A DNA stretch of 64,000 nucleotides from an uncultured Solirubrobacterales bacterium (lineage in GTDB: Bacteria; Actinomycetota; Thermoleophilia; Solirubrobacterales; Solirubrobacteraceae): contig CAVVTO010000009.1 in the NCBI GenBank assembly GCA_963751185.1, forward strand, positions 77,838 through 141,837, read 5' to 3'. Shown here one piece after another: positions 8,598 to 17,048 of this stretch. The notes below the pieces were generated by a model. It did no database searches and was not told the DNA's origin. It was given only the letters and a program-made list of their open reading frames with translations. The translations under genes were made by a program, and so were the position numbers. Every line of letters begins with the position of its first letter. Positions within the stretch are counted from its first letter, which is position 1.

Positions 8598-10189
8598 AGT
8601 GCCTCCTCGAGGTAATAGATGCCGTTGTAGAACGCCCCGCAAATGGAGTCGTAGTCATGCCACGCGTAGGTGGTGAGCGACAGCCAGATCACAGCGTGCA
8701 GGAGCTTGATCGTGCGGGGCTCTCCCCCGCTTAGCGCGAATAGGTCCTCCTCGAGGCTTTCCCATCCGTTGGAATCGACCGTCAGGTCAACGGTTGCAGG
8801 GGTGAGGCTCAAGCGGAAGTTCTTGAGGTTGAACTGGTCGTAGTTTCCGACGACCGAGTAGTAGAGCTTCGCCCAGTCATAGTTCGGGTCTCCGTGCAGC
8901 TCCGTGTACCCGAAGTAGCCGCGCGGGTCGATGAGCACCGGTTCCGTGCCGCCGCGCAGCATCAGGTTCGAGAACGTGGGATCCCCGTGGATGAAGGCGA
9001 ACCGCTCGACGCTCAGTGCGTCCAGGGCGCGCTCCAGATCACGTCTGTAGAAGTAGATGTTGCGGCACTCCCTTCCGTTCACCGTGATCGTCTTGTGCTC
9101 CGTGAACGGGATCAACTCTCGTACCGCCTTGAGACGTTCAACGGTCTTCCCGTAGTACGCCTCCCTGGTGCTGAACGAGTCGGCGGGAGTCGACTCCAGC
9201 GAGTGAAGCTCGCGCAGCGTCGCGGTCAGGTCAGCCAGGATCTCGCGCTTGCCGACCAAGGGCAGGTCGGCATACTCGTAGATGTTCTTGCCGTCGATCC
9301 TCTCGATCGTCAGGGGCTCGAACTCGTACAGCTGCGGGATTCTGTTGACGCCGAGCTTGACCGCGTGCCTGTACCAGCCCACTTCACGACGCGCGAGTGA
9401 CCGTCCCTGCTCGTCGACCGGCTCCTTGATGAACCTCTCGCCAACGACGGTGGCGCGGTTGAAGGGGCGCGTCTTCTCGGCAGCGAGCGCTTGGTACTCC
9501 GACAGCAAACCGAACTCACGGGTCCCAGCGAGCCCCAGCTCGTCGAAGTCATGTCCCTTCTGCTGGAGCCACCGGACCAGTTCGCCGCTCGCCGGGACGT
9601 CCGACAGGGCCGACTTGTCCCGGAACACAAACAGTCCCGCCACTCCATGCTCCCGTGAGCGCTCTTCGACAAACCGGCCGTCCGTGTGGCTCCACCGACA
9701 GTCAAACGTCTGAGAGATCCCCACCCAATCGCGGTCCCCTGCCGGTAGCTCGAAGCCCGCCGGCAAGATCAGATCCGACCACACAAGCATGAACGGCTCG
9801 CCGTCCGGCAGCAGGGCGAGCGCCTGGTCGACACCGCCGCACGTTCCCGACCCGGCAGCGTCGACGACTTGATATTCGACGTCGGCGAACGCAGCGAGGT
9901 ACTCGCGCAACACTTCCCGGTGATAGTCCGCAATGACGACGAACCGCTTGTCCGGGAACCTGCGGAAGAGGTGGAAGATCATTGGCAGGTTCTCGACCGG
10001 CACGAGCGCTTTGGGCTTGTTCGCGGTCAGATGCTCCAGCCGCGTCCCCTTGCCTCCGGCCTGTACGACGATGTAGTCCACGGTCCTGGGATCAGCTCGG
10101 CCGTTCGCGTGTTGCCCGTTACCCGACACGTGAACCGACGCTGCCGACGGCTGCGCGATGCGGGAGAGCGTCGTGTCGAGGGACATCAC
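8594..10189 (-). CDS. Bifunctional sugar-phosphate nucleotidyltransferase (N-terminal) / APH-choline-kinase-fold kinase (C-terminal)
   Basis: N-terminus VVQAGGKGTRLEHLTANKPKALVPV (GxGTRL plus KPK, NTP-transferase). C-terminus FIHGDPTFSNLML...LIDPRGYFG (HGDxxxxN catalytic loop and the IDxx metal site of the APH/ChoK/AmgK fold). Confidence 0.7.
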   Translation of the reverse strand: MMSLDTTLSRIAQPSAASVHVSGNGQHANGRADPRTVDYIVVQAGGKGTRLEHLTANKPKALVPVENLPMIFHLFRRFPDKRFVVIADYHREVLREYLAAFADVEYQVVDAAGSGTCGGVDQALALLPDGEPFMLVWSDLILPAGFELPAGDRDWVGISQTFDCRWSHTDGRFVEERSREHGVAGLFVFRDKSALSDVPASGELVRWLQQKGHDFDELGLAGTREFGLLSEYQALAAEKTRPFNRATVVGERFIKEPVDEQGRSLARREVGWYRHAVKLGVNRIPQLYEFEPLTIERIDGKNIYEYADLPLVGKREILADLTATLRELHSLESTPADSFSTREAYYGKTVERLKAVRELIPFTEHKTITVNGRECRNIYFYRRDLERALDALSVERFAFIHGDPTFSNLMLRGGTEPVLIDPRGYFGYTELHGDPNYDWAKLYYSVVGNYDQFNLKNFRLSLTPATVDLTVDSNGWESLEEDLFALSGGEPRTIKLLHAVIWLSLTTYAWHDYDSICGAFYNGIYYLEEAL

Positions 10190-10253
10190 GCGAGATGATC
10201 GGCACCGGTGCGCGAGAGTTGAGCAGCCGCTCGAGGGCTCCCCGGCAGTACTT

Positions 10254-10267
10254 CCTCGCGCGCGAGG
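10254..10267. promoter_or_regulatory. Perfect 14-bp palindrome CCTCGCGCGCGAGG in a divergent promoter region
   Basis: Read directly. It lies in the 250-bp gap between the minus-strand glycan operon (start 10189) and the plus-strand methyltransferase (start 10440). Function unknown. Confidence 0.2.
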
Positions 10268-10439
10268 ATGCGGCTATGCGGCGACGAGCGCCCACGACCG
10301 GCCGAATCCGAGGTCAAGAATGGTGCGCGGCTGCCGATGAAGTGGAGTGAACCTCGATGAGCCTCGGTGCGATCACATCCGCGTCCGGCGGTGTCACTCT
10401 GCCCTTGAGCAGATCGGCTAGATAGAACAGCGCTGCTTC

Positions 10440-11441
10440 ATGCCTCTCTTCTCTAGCAAGATCAACCATCTGCTTGCCCTCACAGAGGCCGACAGAGACG
10501 CCAAGGAGGCGCTGGCTCGGGGAGAAACTCCGTGTCTTGTGGTCGACGCCGACTTCTTCGCGAAGCTGGGAGTCGGCGTGACGATCACCAGCGCTCAGAC
10601 GATCGTTGTAGGGGAGGCAATCGGCGTTCTCCAGGCAATGGTTGCCGAAGGCAAACAGCCGTTCGTCCTGTATGCGGTCGAACATGCGCAGGACGGGCTT
10701 GCGCTCATCGAGTGGCTCACCGACCAGGGGTTCAAGTATCGAGGCGCGGGCGGCTACGACGTCGGCGGCTACGTACATGACGACCGGATCGCGCGGGAGA
10801 CGATCGAAACCGCGCTCCTCGAACAGACCTTCGACGGGTACGAGAAGTTCTGGGACCCCGGGTCGCATCAGGACTTCGTCAACCTGACCCAGGCCCTTTA
10901 TCGAACTCGTCGGTTGTCCGGAAATGTCGTCGAGGTCGGGTGCTTCCGAGGGAGTAGCGGGTCGGTGATGCTCGACTACGCGGCGAATAAGAGCCTGCCT
11001 CCCAGGCGCTTCTGGTTCTTTGACGTATTTCAAGGGTTCGACTACGACGAAGCGCTTGCTAGTTCGGATGCGACCTGGGCGAACAGCCACGCCACCGAGG
11101 GTGACGCGATCGTCCGTCAGCGTCTTGAGCGGAAGGCCGGCGCAAACCAGGTCACGGTCAAGAAGCTGAACATCATCACCGACGAGATCCCTGATGACCT
11201 AGGGCCGATCGTCGTCGCGAACATAGACGTCGATCTCTACGAGGCGGTGCTCGCCGGGTTGGCCAGGATCGCTCCGTTGATGCAGATCGGAGGCATCATG
11301 ATCTGCGAGGACGCGGGGCATACGCCGGCGCTCGTCGGGGCCGCCCTGGCCTTGGAGCAGTTCCTGGACTCGGATCTCGGCGCCGGGTTCACGCCAGTCC
11401 ACATGACCTCGGGACAGACGTTCCTGGTCAGGCACTCATAA
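10440..11441 (+). CDS. TylF/MycF-family SAM-dependent O-methyltransferase
   Basis: VVEVGCFRGSSGSVM...VANIDVDLYEAVLAGL...GGIMICEDAGH matches the macrocin-O-methyltransferase family pattern. An in-frame TAG 21 nt upstream fixes the earliest possible start. Confidence 0.7.
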   Translation: MPLFSSKINHLLALTEADRDAKEALARGETPCLVVDADFFAKLGVGVTITSAQTIVVGEAIGVLQAMVAEGKQPFVLYAVEHAQDGLALIEWLTDQGFKYRGAGGYDVGGYVHDDRIARETIETALLEQTFDGYEKFWDPGSHQDFVNLTQALYRTRRLSGNVVEVGCFRGSSGSVMLDYAANKSLPPRRFWFFDVFQGFDYDEALASSDATWANSHATEGDAIVRQRLERKAGANQVTVKKLNIITDEIPDDLGPIVVANIDVDLYEAVLAGLARIAPLMQIGGIMICEDAGHTPALVGAALALEQFLDSDLGAGFTPVHMTSGQTFLVRHS

Positions 11442-11497
11442 CCGCGCCCCAGCGCGGCGGTCGGCCAACGTCGCAGTCCACGCCATAATGCCTCGCC

Positions 11498-12496
11498 ATG
11501 CCGTGCCCGAGCACCAGCGCATGGAGCGGCCGCTCGGTGTTCGTCACCGGCGCGTACGGCCTGCTCGGAAGCTGGCTGGCCAAGCGATTGCTTGAGCTCG
11601 GGGCCAGCCTCACGGTGCTGAAGCGGGACACGGTTACCGGCTCGGCGTTGGTACTCGAAGGCACCGAACGGCGCGTCAACGTCGTGAGCGGCGACGTGTG
11701 CGACGGCCCGTTACTCGAACGGGCAATTGCCGAGTACGAGATCGACACGGTCTTTCACCTGGCTGCGCAGGCGATCGTAGGAATTGCCAACACCGCACCC
11801 GTGTCCACGTTCGAGACGAACATCCGCGGGACCTGGATGCTGCTCGAGGCCTGCCGGCATGTCGAGGTGGAGCGCGTCGTGGTTGCCGCCTCCGACAAGG
11901 CCTACGGAATCCACGAGCAGCTTCCCTACCGCGAAGACTTCGCGCTCGAGCCCCGCTACCCCTATGACGTCTCCAAAGCGGCAACCGACATGCTCGCTCG
12001 CTCCTACTGGCACGCGTTCGGCCTCCCCGTCGCGGTGACCCGTTTCGCAAACCTGTACGGGGGCGGCGACTTCAATCGCTCCCGCCTCGTGCCTGAGGCG
12101 GCGCTGGCTGCAATCGACGGGCGCCGGCCGGTGATTCGGTCGGACGGCACGCTCGAGCGGGACTACCTGTATGTCGAGGACGCGGTCGAGGCCTACATCG
12201 CGATCTGTGACCTGGTCGGGAGCGGCGCCGGCGTCGGAGAAGCGTTCAACGCCGGCTCCGACCAGCCCCGCTCGGTGCTCGAAGTCGTGGAACTGACCTG
12301 CTTGGTGGCCGGAACCGGCGTGCAGCCGGACGTGCGCGGCACCGGCGCCCCAGCGGGTGAGATTCCCCGTCAGTGGGTCGACTCGACCAAGCTTCGGACG
12401 ATGACTGGTTGGGAGCCCCGGGTGACGCTCGAGGAAGGCCTGCGCCGGACGGTCGAGTGGTATCGGCGTTACCTGTACGACGGTACTAACGGCTGA
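11498..12496 (+). CDS. NDP-sugar 4,6-dehydratase/epimerase, RfbG (CDP-glucose 4,6-dehydratase)-like extended SDR
   Basis: WSGRSVFVTGAYGLLGSWLAKRLLELGA, ASDKAYG, YDVSKAATDMLARSY (YxxxK). Confidence 0.75.
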   Translation: MPCPSTSAWSGRSVFVTGAYGLLGSWLAKRLLELGASLTVLKRDTVTGSALVLEGTERRVNVVSGDVCDGPLLERAIAEYEIDTVFHLAAQAIVGIANTAPVSTFETNIRGTWMLLEACRHVEVERVVVAASDKAYGIHEQLPYREDFALEPRYPYDVSKAATDMLARSYWHAFGLPVAVTRFANLYGGGDFNRSRLVPEAALAAIDGRRPVIRSDGTLERDYLYVEDAVEAYIAICDLVGSGAGVGEAFNAGSDQPRSVLEVVELTCLVAGTGVQPDVRGTGAPAGEIPRQWVDSTKLRTMTGWEPRVTLEEGLRRTVEWYRRYLYDGTNG

Positions 12497-12565
12497 AACG
12501 CCACAGGCGATCCGCAGGCGGTGCGCTCAAGGGCGCTCGAATCCCGCCGATCTAAGAGGTAGTCG

Positions 12566-13303
12566 ATGAGCTACACCGATGCCGTAAGCCGGGTCTCCCA
12601 GATCCAGGCCCAGATCGCCTCCCTACAGACCGCCTTCGATCCGTCCGTCGCCGCGAGCACGACCGGCTCGTCGACCGGTGGGGTTTCCACGACCGGCACC
12701 GCGACTGGCAGTACGTCCGGCGCGAGCAGCTTCGCCGACGCGCTGGCGCAGGCCCAGGGAACCTCGGGAACGCTCGGCACGGCATCAGACGTCCCGAACA
12801 TCGTCAGTTCGGGCCTCACGAGCGCAGGCCTCACCAGCACCGGCCTCGTCGGCAGTACCGGAGGCGCGGCGCTGCCCGCCGGCGCGCAAACCATGCTGAC
12901 CTCCGATCAGCAGCAGTTCGCCTCCCGGCTGGCGGCCGACACCGGCCTTGATCCGAGCGTGGTCTCCGCCTGGCTGCTCGCCGAGGAGTCCGGTGGCGCC
13001 GCCCAGTCACGTCAGTCCCAGAACAACAACGACTGGCTCAACATCGGCTACACCGACAGCGCCACCTACGGCTCGAGCGACTCGATCTGGTCAAACCCGG
13101 TCACCGCCGCCGATGCCACCGCCGGCTGGCTCAAGGGCCAGAACACGATCCCGGGCTACGGCACCGCGAGCTCGGGCATCCAGGGGATTCTGAGTACCGC
13201 CGGTTCCTCCCCGGCGACGCAGATCGCCGCCCTCCAGAACTCGGGCTGGGCCTCGAGCGGCTATCCGGACCTGCCCTCGCTCTACTCGCAAGTGGCCGAC
13301 TAG
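12566..13303 (+). CDS. Ser/Thr/Gly-rich protein with a possible GH73/FlgJ-type glucosaminidase-like C-terminal domain
   Basis: Good Shine-Dalgarno (AAGAGG). Low-complexity middle. C-terminus LAADTGLDPSVVSAWLLAEESGGAAQ...NNNDWLNIGY...SGWASSGYPD loosely recalls the glucosaminidase motif ESGWG...NNxFGI...YAtDpxY. Confidence 0.4.
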   Translation: MSYTDAVSRVSQIQAQIASLQTAFDPSVAASTTGSSTGGVSTTGTATGSTSGASSFADALAQAQGTSGTLGTASDVPNIVSSGLTSAGLTSTGLVGSTGGAALPAGAQTMLTSDQQQFASRLAADTGLDPSVVSAWLLAEESGGAAQSRQSQNNNDWLNIGYTDSATYGSSDSIWSNPVTAADATAGWLKGQNTIPGYGTASSGIQGILSTAGSSPATQIAALQNSGWASSGYPDLPSLYSQVAD

Positions 13304-13307
13304 CGCC

Positions 13308-13363
13308 GCGGTTGGCGTGCGGCGGTTGGCTGCGGCGGTTGGCGTGCGGCGGTTGGCGTCTCG
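13308..13363. repeat. Four tandem copies of a 13-15 bp unit (GCGGTTGGCGTGCG-like)
   Basis: Read directly: gcggttggcgtgcg / gcggttggctgcg / gcggttggcgtgcg / gcggttggcgtctcg, between convergent genes. Confidence 0.85.
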
Positions 13364-13378
13364 CGTTCGCGGAACGCG
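13362..13378. terminator. Short hairpin CGCGTTC-gcg-GAACGCG between convergent genes
   Basis: 7-bp stem, 3-nt loop, followed by TT. Lies 59 nt after the plus-strand stop and 6 nt before the minus-strand stop. Confidence 0.3.
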
Positions 13379-13383
13379 TTCAG

Positions 13384-15453
13384 CTAGCGAACCGCGGTCA
13401 GCGGAATCACATCGGCGCCTGGTTCGTCCGGTCCGAGATATCTGACGCACTCCGCGGCCACGAGCGGGCGCCCCACGTGGAACCCCTGGGCGTAGTCACA
13501 CCCGAGCCGGGCCAGCACCTGCTTGACGTTCTCGGTCTCGACCCCCTCCGCCGTCACCCGCAGGCCGAGGTTGCGGCCGAGGTCGATGATCGAGTGCACG
13601 AGCACGGCATCCTGGCGGTCGGTCTCCATCCGGGTCACGAACGAGCGATCGATCTTGATCTCGTCCACCGGCAGCTGCTGGAGCTGCGACAGCGACGAGT
13701 ACCCGGTCCCGAAGTCGTCGATCGCGATCGTCACGCCCATCGCCCGCAGCTCGTCGAGCGCGGCCCGCGCGCGGGGCAGGTCGGCGACGATCCGGGTCTC
13801 GGTGATCTCGAGCTGCAGCGCCGAGGGGTGGAGATTGAGGCGGGCCAGTAGCTCGCCGATGATCACCGGCAGGTCGTGGTCGAGCAGGCTGCGGGTCGAC
13901 ACGTTGACCGACACGGTCACCTCGAGGCCCTCCTCACGCCAACGCCGGCACTGCTCGAGCGAGGCCTCGAGCACGCGATCGGTCAGCGGCTTGATGATCC
14001 CGGTCTGCTCGGCGAGCGGGATGAATCCGTCCGGGCCGATGCATCCGAGCTGAGGATGGTTCCAGCGCACGAGCGCCTCGACCGCCAGCGTCTCGCCGCC
14101 CTGCAGCGGCACCTTGGGCTGGTAGTGGACGACCAGCTCGCCACGGTCGATCCCGCGGCGCAGCTGTGCGGCCAGCGCGAGCCGGTCGATGCTGTACTCG
14201 TCGTCCTCCTCGGCGTAGGTGGCGAACCCGGCATCCGATCCCTTGGCGCAGTAGAGCGCGACGTCCGCGTGGCGCATCAGCTCGGGCGCGCTCCGACCGT
14301 GGTTGGGGGAGCAGGCGATGCCGATGCTCGCGCAAATGTGGAGCGCCACCGAGTCGACCTCGAGCGGCTGGTCGAGCACCGCGAGCAGCCGTTCGGCGAG
14401 CTCCTCGGCCTGCGGTTGGCCGCCGTGCACGAGGACGCCGAACTCGTCGCCGCCGATCCGCGCCAGCACAGTCTCGTGCCCACCCGCCGGCGCGCGCTCC
14501 TCTACGGCCTCAGTCAGGCGCCCCGCGAGGCGCTGGATCACCAGATCGCCGAGCTCGTGCCCGAGCGTGTCGTTGATCGACTTGAAGTCGTCGAGGTCGA
14601 GCAGCATCACCGTCACCGGATGGGCGTCGGACGCGGCGTCGTCGAGCGTTTCCTGGAGCGTTTCGGACAGCGAGGATCGATTCGGGAGGCCGGTCAGGAC
14701 GTCGTGGTGGGCGCGATGGCTGGAGATGGCCGCCTGCCGCCCGCCGAAATACACCGCGAGCATCGGGACGAAGCACACCGGGACGAGCGCCACGCTGGCG
14801 TTGGCCGAGGCCAGCAGGGCCGGGGCGAACGCGAGCACGCATCCGGCCGTCCACGCCTGGAAGGCCAGATCCTCACGCAGGTAGCTGCGAAGTGGCAGAC
14901 GCGCCAGCAGCGCCCCCGCCGTGCACGCGAGCAGATGGTTGGCGACGAAGAAGGCCGTGCCGGCGGCCAGGACGGTCGGCAGCTCGCCGCTCGTGATGTG
15001 GCTGAGCGGCAGTTCCCCGGCGAGTTTCAGCACCGCCGCCGCGGCAACCATTGCGAGCACGTACTGGGCCGCGTTGAACAGGGTCTTGAGCGGCGACACG
15101 CGGCCGGCCAGATCGGCCACCACCGAGCTCGAGACGTAGATCAGCACCGCCGGCCCAGGGCCGAACCGGAGCAGGATCGCGAATGCGAACGCGGCCGAGA
15201 TCGTCACCCGGGTGAGACCCCGCCGCCGCGGCACCGGGATCGGCAGCAGCTCGCCGGCCAGCACGAACAGCGATAGGACGACGAACAGCGCCGGGTCGCC
15301 GACCCGCCACTCGCGCATCCAGGGCAGCAGGATGAGCGAAGCGCCCGCGGCGGCAGCCACGAGCGCTACGTAGACAGTAAAGCTGCGCGGCGCCGGGGCC
15401 TTGCCCGAATCCGAGCGCAGGCTATTCGCGACGACGAGCAGGCGTCTGGTCAA
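13384..15453 (-). CDS. Polytopic membrane GGDEF-EAL protein (c-di-GMP turnover)
   Basis: N-terminal hydrophobic region with multiple TM segments. ARIGGDEFGVLV (GGDEF). EALVRWNHP...IDDFGTGYSSL...KIDRSF (EAL). The start is a TTG and is uncertain. Confidence 0.85.
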   Translation of the reverse strand: MTRRLLVVANSLRSDSGKAPAPRSFTVYVALVAAAAGASLILLPWMREWRVGDPALFVVLSLFVLAGELLPIPVPRRRGLTRVTISAAFAFAILLRFGPGPAVLIYVSSSVVADLAGRVSPLKTLFNAAQYVLAMVAAAAVLKLAGELPLSHITSGELPTVLAAGTAFFVANHLLACTAGALLARLPLRSYLREDLAFQAWTAGCVLAFAPALLASANASVALVPVCFVPMLAVYFGGRQAAISSHRAHHDVLTGLPNRSSLSETLQETLDDAASDAHPVTVMLLDLDDFKSINDTLGHELGDLVIQRLAGRLTEAVEERAPAGGHETVLARIGGDEFGVLVHGGQPQAEELAERLLAVLDQPLEVDSVALHICASIGIACSPNHGRSAPELMRHADVALYCAKGSDAGFATYAEEDDEYSIDRLALAAQLRRGIDRGELVVHYQPKVPLQGGETLAVEALVRWNHPQLGCIGPDGFIPLAEQTGIIKPLTDRVLEASLEQCRRWREEGLEVTVSVNVSTRSLLDHDLPVIIGELLARLNLHPSALQLEITETRIVADLPRARAALDELRAMGVTIAIDDFGTGYSSLSQLQQLPVDEIKIDRSFVTRMETDRQDAVLVHSIIDLGRNLGLRVTAEGVETENVKQVLARLGCDYAQGFHVGRPLVAAECVRYLGPDEPGADVIPLTAVR

Positions 15454-15695
15454 GCGATCTTATGGCCCGCCGCGTGCGCGACCTGGAGGACCTGGACGAC
15501 CTGGACGACCTTGGCCGGCGGCCGGGCGGAGACAACGAGCGCCGCATGTATGGGCATCGGGATTACAAACGCCGGCGTCACCGTCTTGGCCGACGCACCC
15601 GGCACCGAGCTGAGTGCGAACGTAAGCGCCGCGCCCAGCGCCACGAGGACCGACCCTGTCCGCCGCCTCCCAAGACGGTAGACAATTCCACGCAT
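15450..15695 (-). CDS. Small (81 aa) signal-peptide protein
   Basis: MRGIVYRLGRRRTGSVLVALGAALTFALSSVPGASA-KTV..., with a GAGG Shine-Dalgarno before ATG 15695. Its stop overlaps (TTGA) the putative start of the GGDEF-EAL gene. Confidence 0.45.
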   Translation of the reverse strand: MRGIVYRLGRRRTGSVLVALGAALTFALSSVPGASAKTVTPAFVIPMPIHAALVVSARPPAKVVQVVQVLQVAHAAGHKIA

Positions 15696-15888
15696 CTCTA
15701 CCTCACTTTGTGTCACGTGCGCCCCAGGCGACACTGACCTTTGATCCGTCTCTGCACCAGTCATCGGCAGGGGGGCCTAGACGGTTAATCGAACATTCGT
15801 CCAGGCGGCAGGAAAACGCTCAACCGGCGCGAAACCACCCCGCCGCCTGGGTCGTCCGCCCGCGTCGCCCCGCCGCTCGCCCGGATCC

Positions 15889-16152
15889 TCAGAACAGCGC
15901 TTCTTGGCCGGGCAGCTCGAGACCCTCCCGCCCCCGGCCGGTTCCTCGACCCATCGCGATGGCCACGTCCCGGGCGATTGCACCCTCCGAGCGTGACGCG
16001 ATGACCGGCTCCTCGATCCCCTCGATGTAGACGAGCGTCCGCCGGCCGTCGCCCCGCTCGTCTCCTTCGAGCGGCACGAGCGCGAACACCCGGTCGGCAC
16101 GGACGAACTTGCCGTAGCCGAGGGGGATCAGCGCGTTGGGCTGGCGAGCCAT
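15889..16152 (-). CDS. remA: RemA/DUF370-family small regulator
   Basis: LIPLGYGKFVRADRVFALVPL...RRTLVYIEG...VIASRSEGAIARDV parallels B. subtilis RemA (INIGFGNIVSANRIIAIV...RAVIITDSDHVILSA). Confidence 0.7.
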   Translation of the reverse strand: MARQPNALIPLGYGKFVRADRVFALVPLEGDERGDGRRTLVYIEGIEEPVIASRSEGAIARDVAIAMGRGTGRGREGLELPGQEALF

Positions 16153-16181
16153 GTTCCGCTAATTCTTCTACTCTGCCCGGC

Positions 16182-17048
16182 GTGCCCGCCACCGACCTCA
16201 CCCTCACCATCGGCGGCGACCTCGAGATCTTCCGGATCGGGTTCGGCGCCATGCGGATCACGGGACCCGGAATTTGGGGCCCGCCCGCCGATCCCCCTGG
16301 CCCGGCGGGCGCACGCCAGCTCCTGCGCCGCGTGGTCGACCGCGACGTCAACCTCATCGACACCGCGGACTCCTATGGGCCCGACATATCCGAGAACCTG
16401 ATCGCCGAGGCGCTGCGTCCCTATCCCGACAACCTCGTCATCGCGACCAAGGGTGGCTTCGAGCGTCCCGGGCCCGGTCGGTGGGAGCCGAGCTGCCGCC
16501 CCGACCGCCTCAAGCGCTGTTGCGAGGCGTCGCTGCTGCGGCTCAGACTCGAGCGAATCGACCTCTACCAGCTGCACACGGTCGATCCGAAGGTGCCGAT
16601 CGAGGACTCGGTCGCAGCCCTGGCTGAGCTCCAGGAGGAGGGCAAGATTCGCCACATCGGCCTGTCCAACGTCGGGGTGGAGGAGATCGAGCGGGCCCAG
16701 CAGATCGCTCCGATCGTGTCCGTTCAGAACCAGTACAACGTCGTCAACCGAGCGTCCGAGGACGTGCTGCGCTTCTGCGAGGAGGCGGGAATCCCCTTCC
16801 TGCCCTACTTCCCGCTCGCGGTGGGCGAGCTCGCCGAGTCCGGGACCGCGCTGGCCGACATCGCCGCCGGTCACGGCGCCACGCCTGCGCAGGTGGCGCT
16901 GGCCTGGCTGCTCCAGCACTCGCCGGTCACCGTGCCGATCCCGGGCACCAGCTCGATCGCCCACTTCGAGGAGAACCTCGAGGCCGCCGAACTCGAGCTC
17001 GAGGACGACGAGCTCGAGGCGCTCGACGAGCTCGCGGCTGCGACCTAG
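16182..17048 (+). CDS. Aldo/keto reductase
   Basis: GFGAMRITGPGIWGPP, IDTADSYGP, DLYQLH, IRHIGLSN. Confidence 0.85.
   Translation: MPATDLTLTIGGDLEIFRIGFGAMRITGPGIWGPPADPPGPAGARQLLRRVVDRDVNLIDTADSYGPDISENLIAEALRPYPDNLVIATKGGFERPGPGRWEPSCRPDRLKRCCEASLLRLRLERIDLYQLHTVDPKVPIEDSVAALAELQEEGKIRHIGLSNVGVEEIERAQQIAPIVSVQNQYNVVNRASEDVLRFCEEAGIPFLPYFPLAVGELAESGTALADIAAGHGATPAQVALAWLLQHSPVTVPIPGTSSIAHFEENLEAAELELEDDELEALDELAAAT

Noticed and set aside
10314-11090. A 258-aa minus-strand ORF opposite the TylF-like methyltransferase
   Set aside because: The plus frame matches the TylF family along its length (EVGCFRGSS, DVDLYE). The minus frame shows no family features.
13308-13363. Possible CRISPR array, considered for the tandem repeats here, at 21793-21850, 28466-28573 and 58720-58824
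   Set aside because: The units are 13-24 bp, directly adjacent without unique spacers, and two of the arrays are in-frame coding repeats. No cas genes are present. These are not CRISPR.
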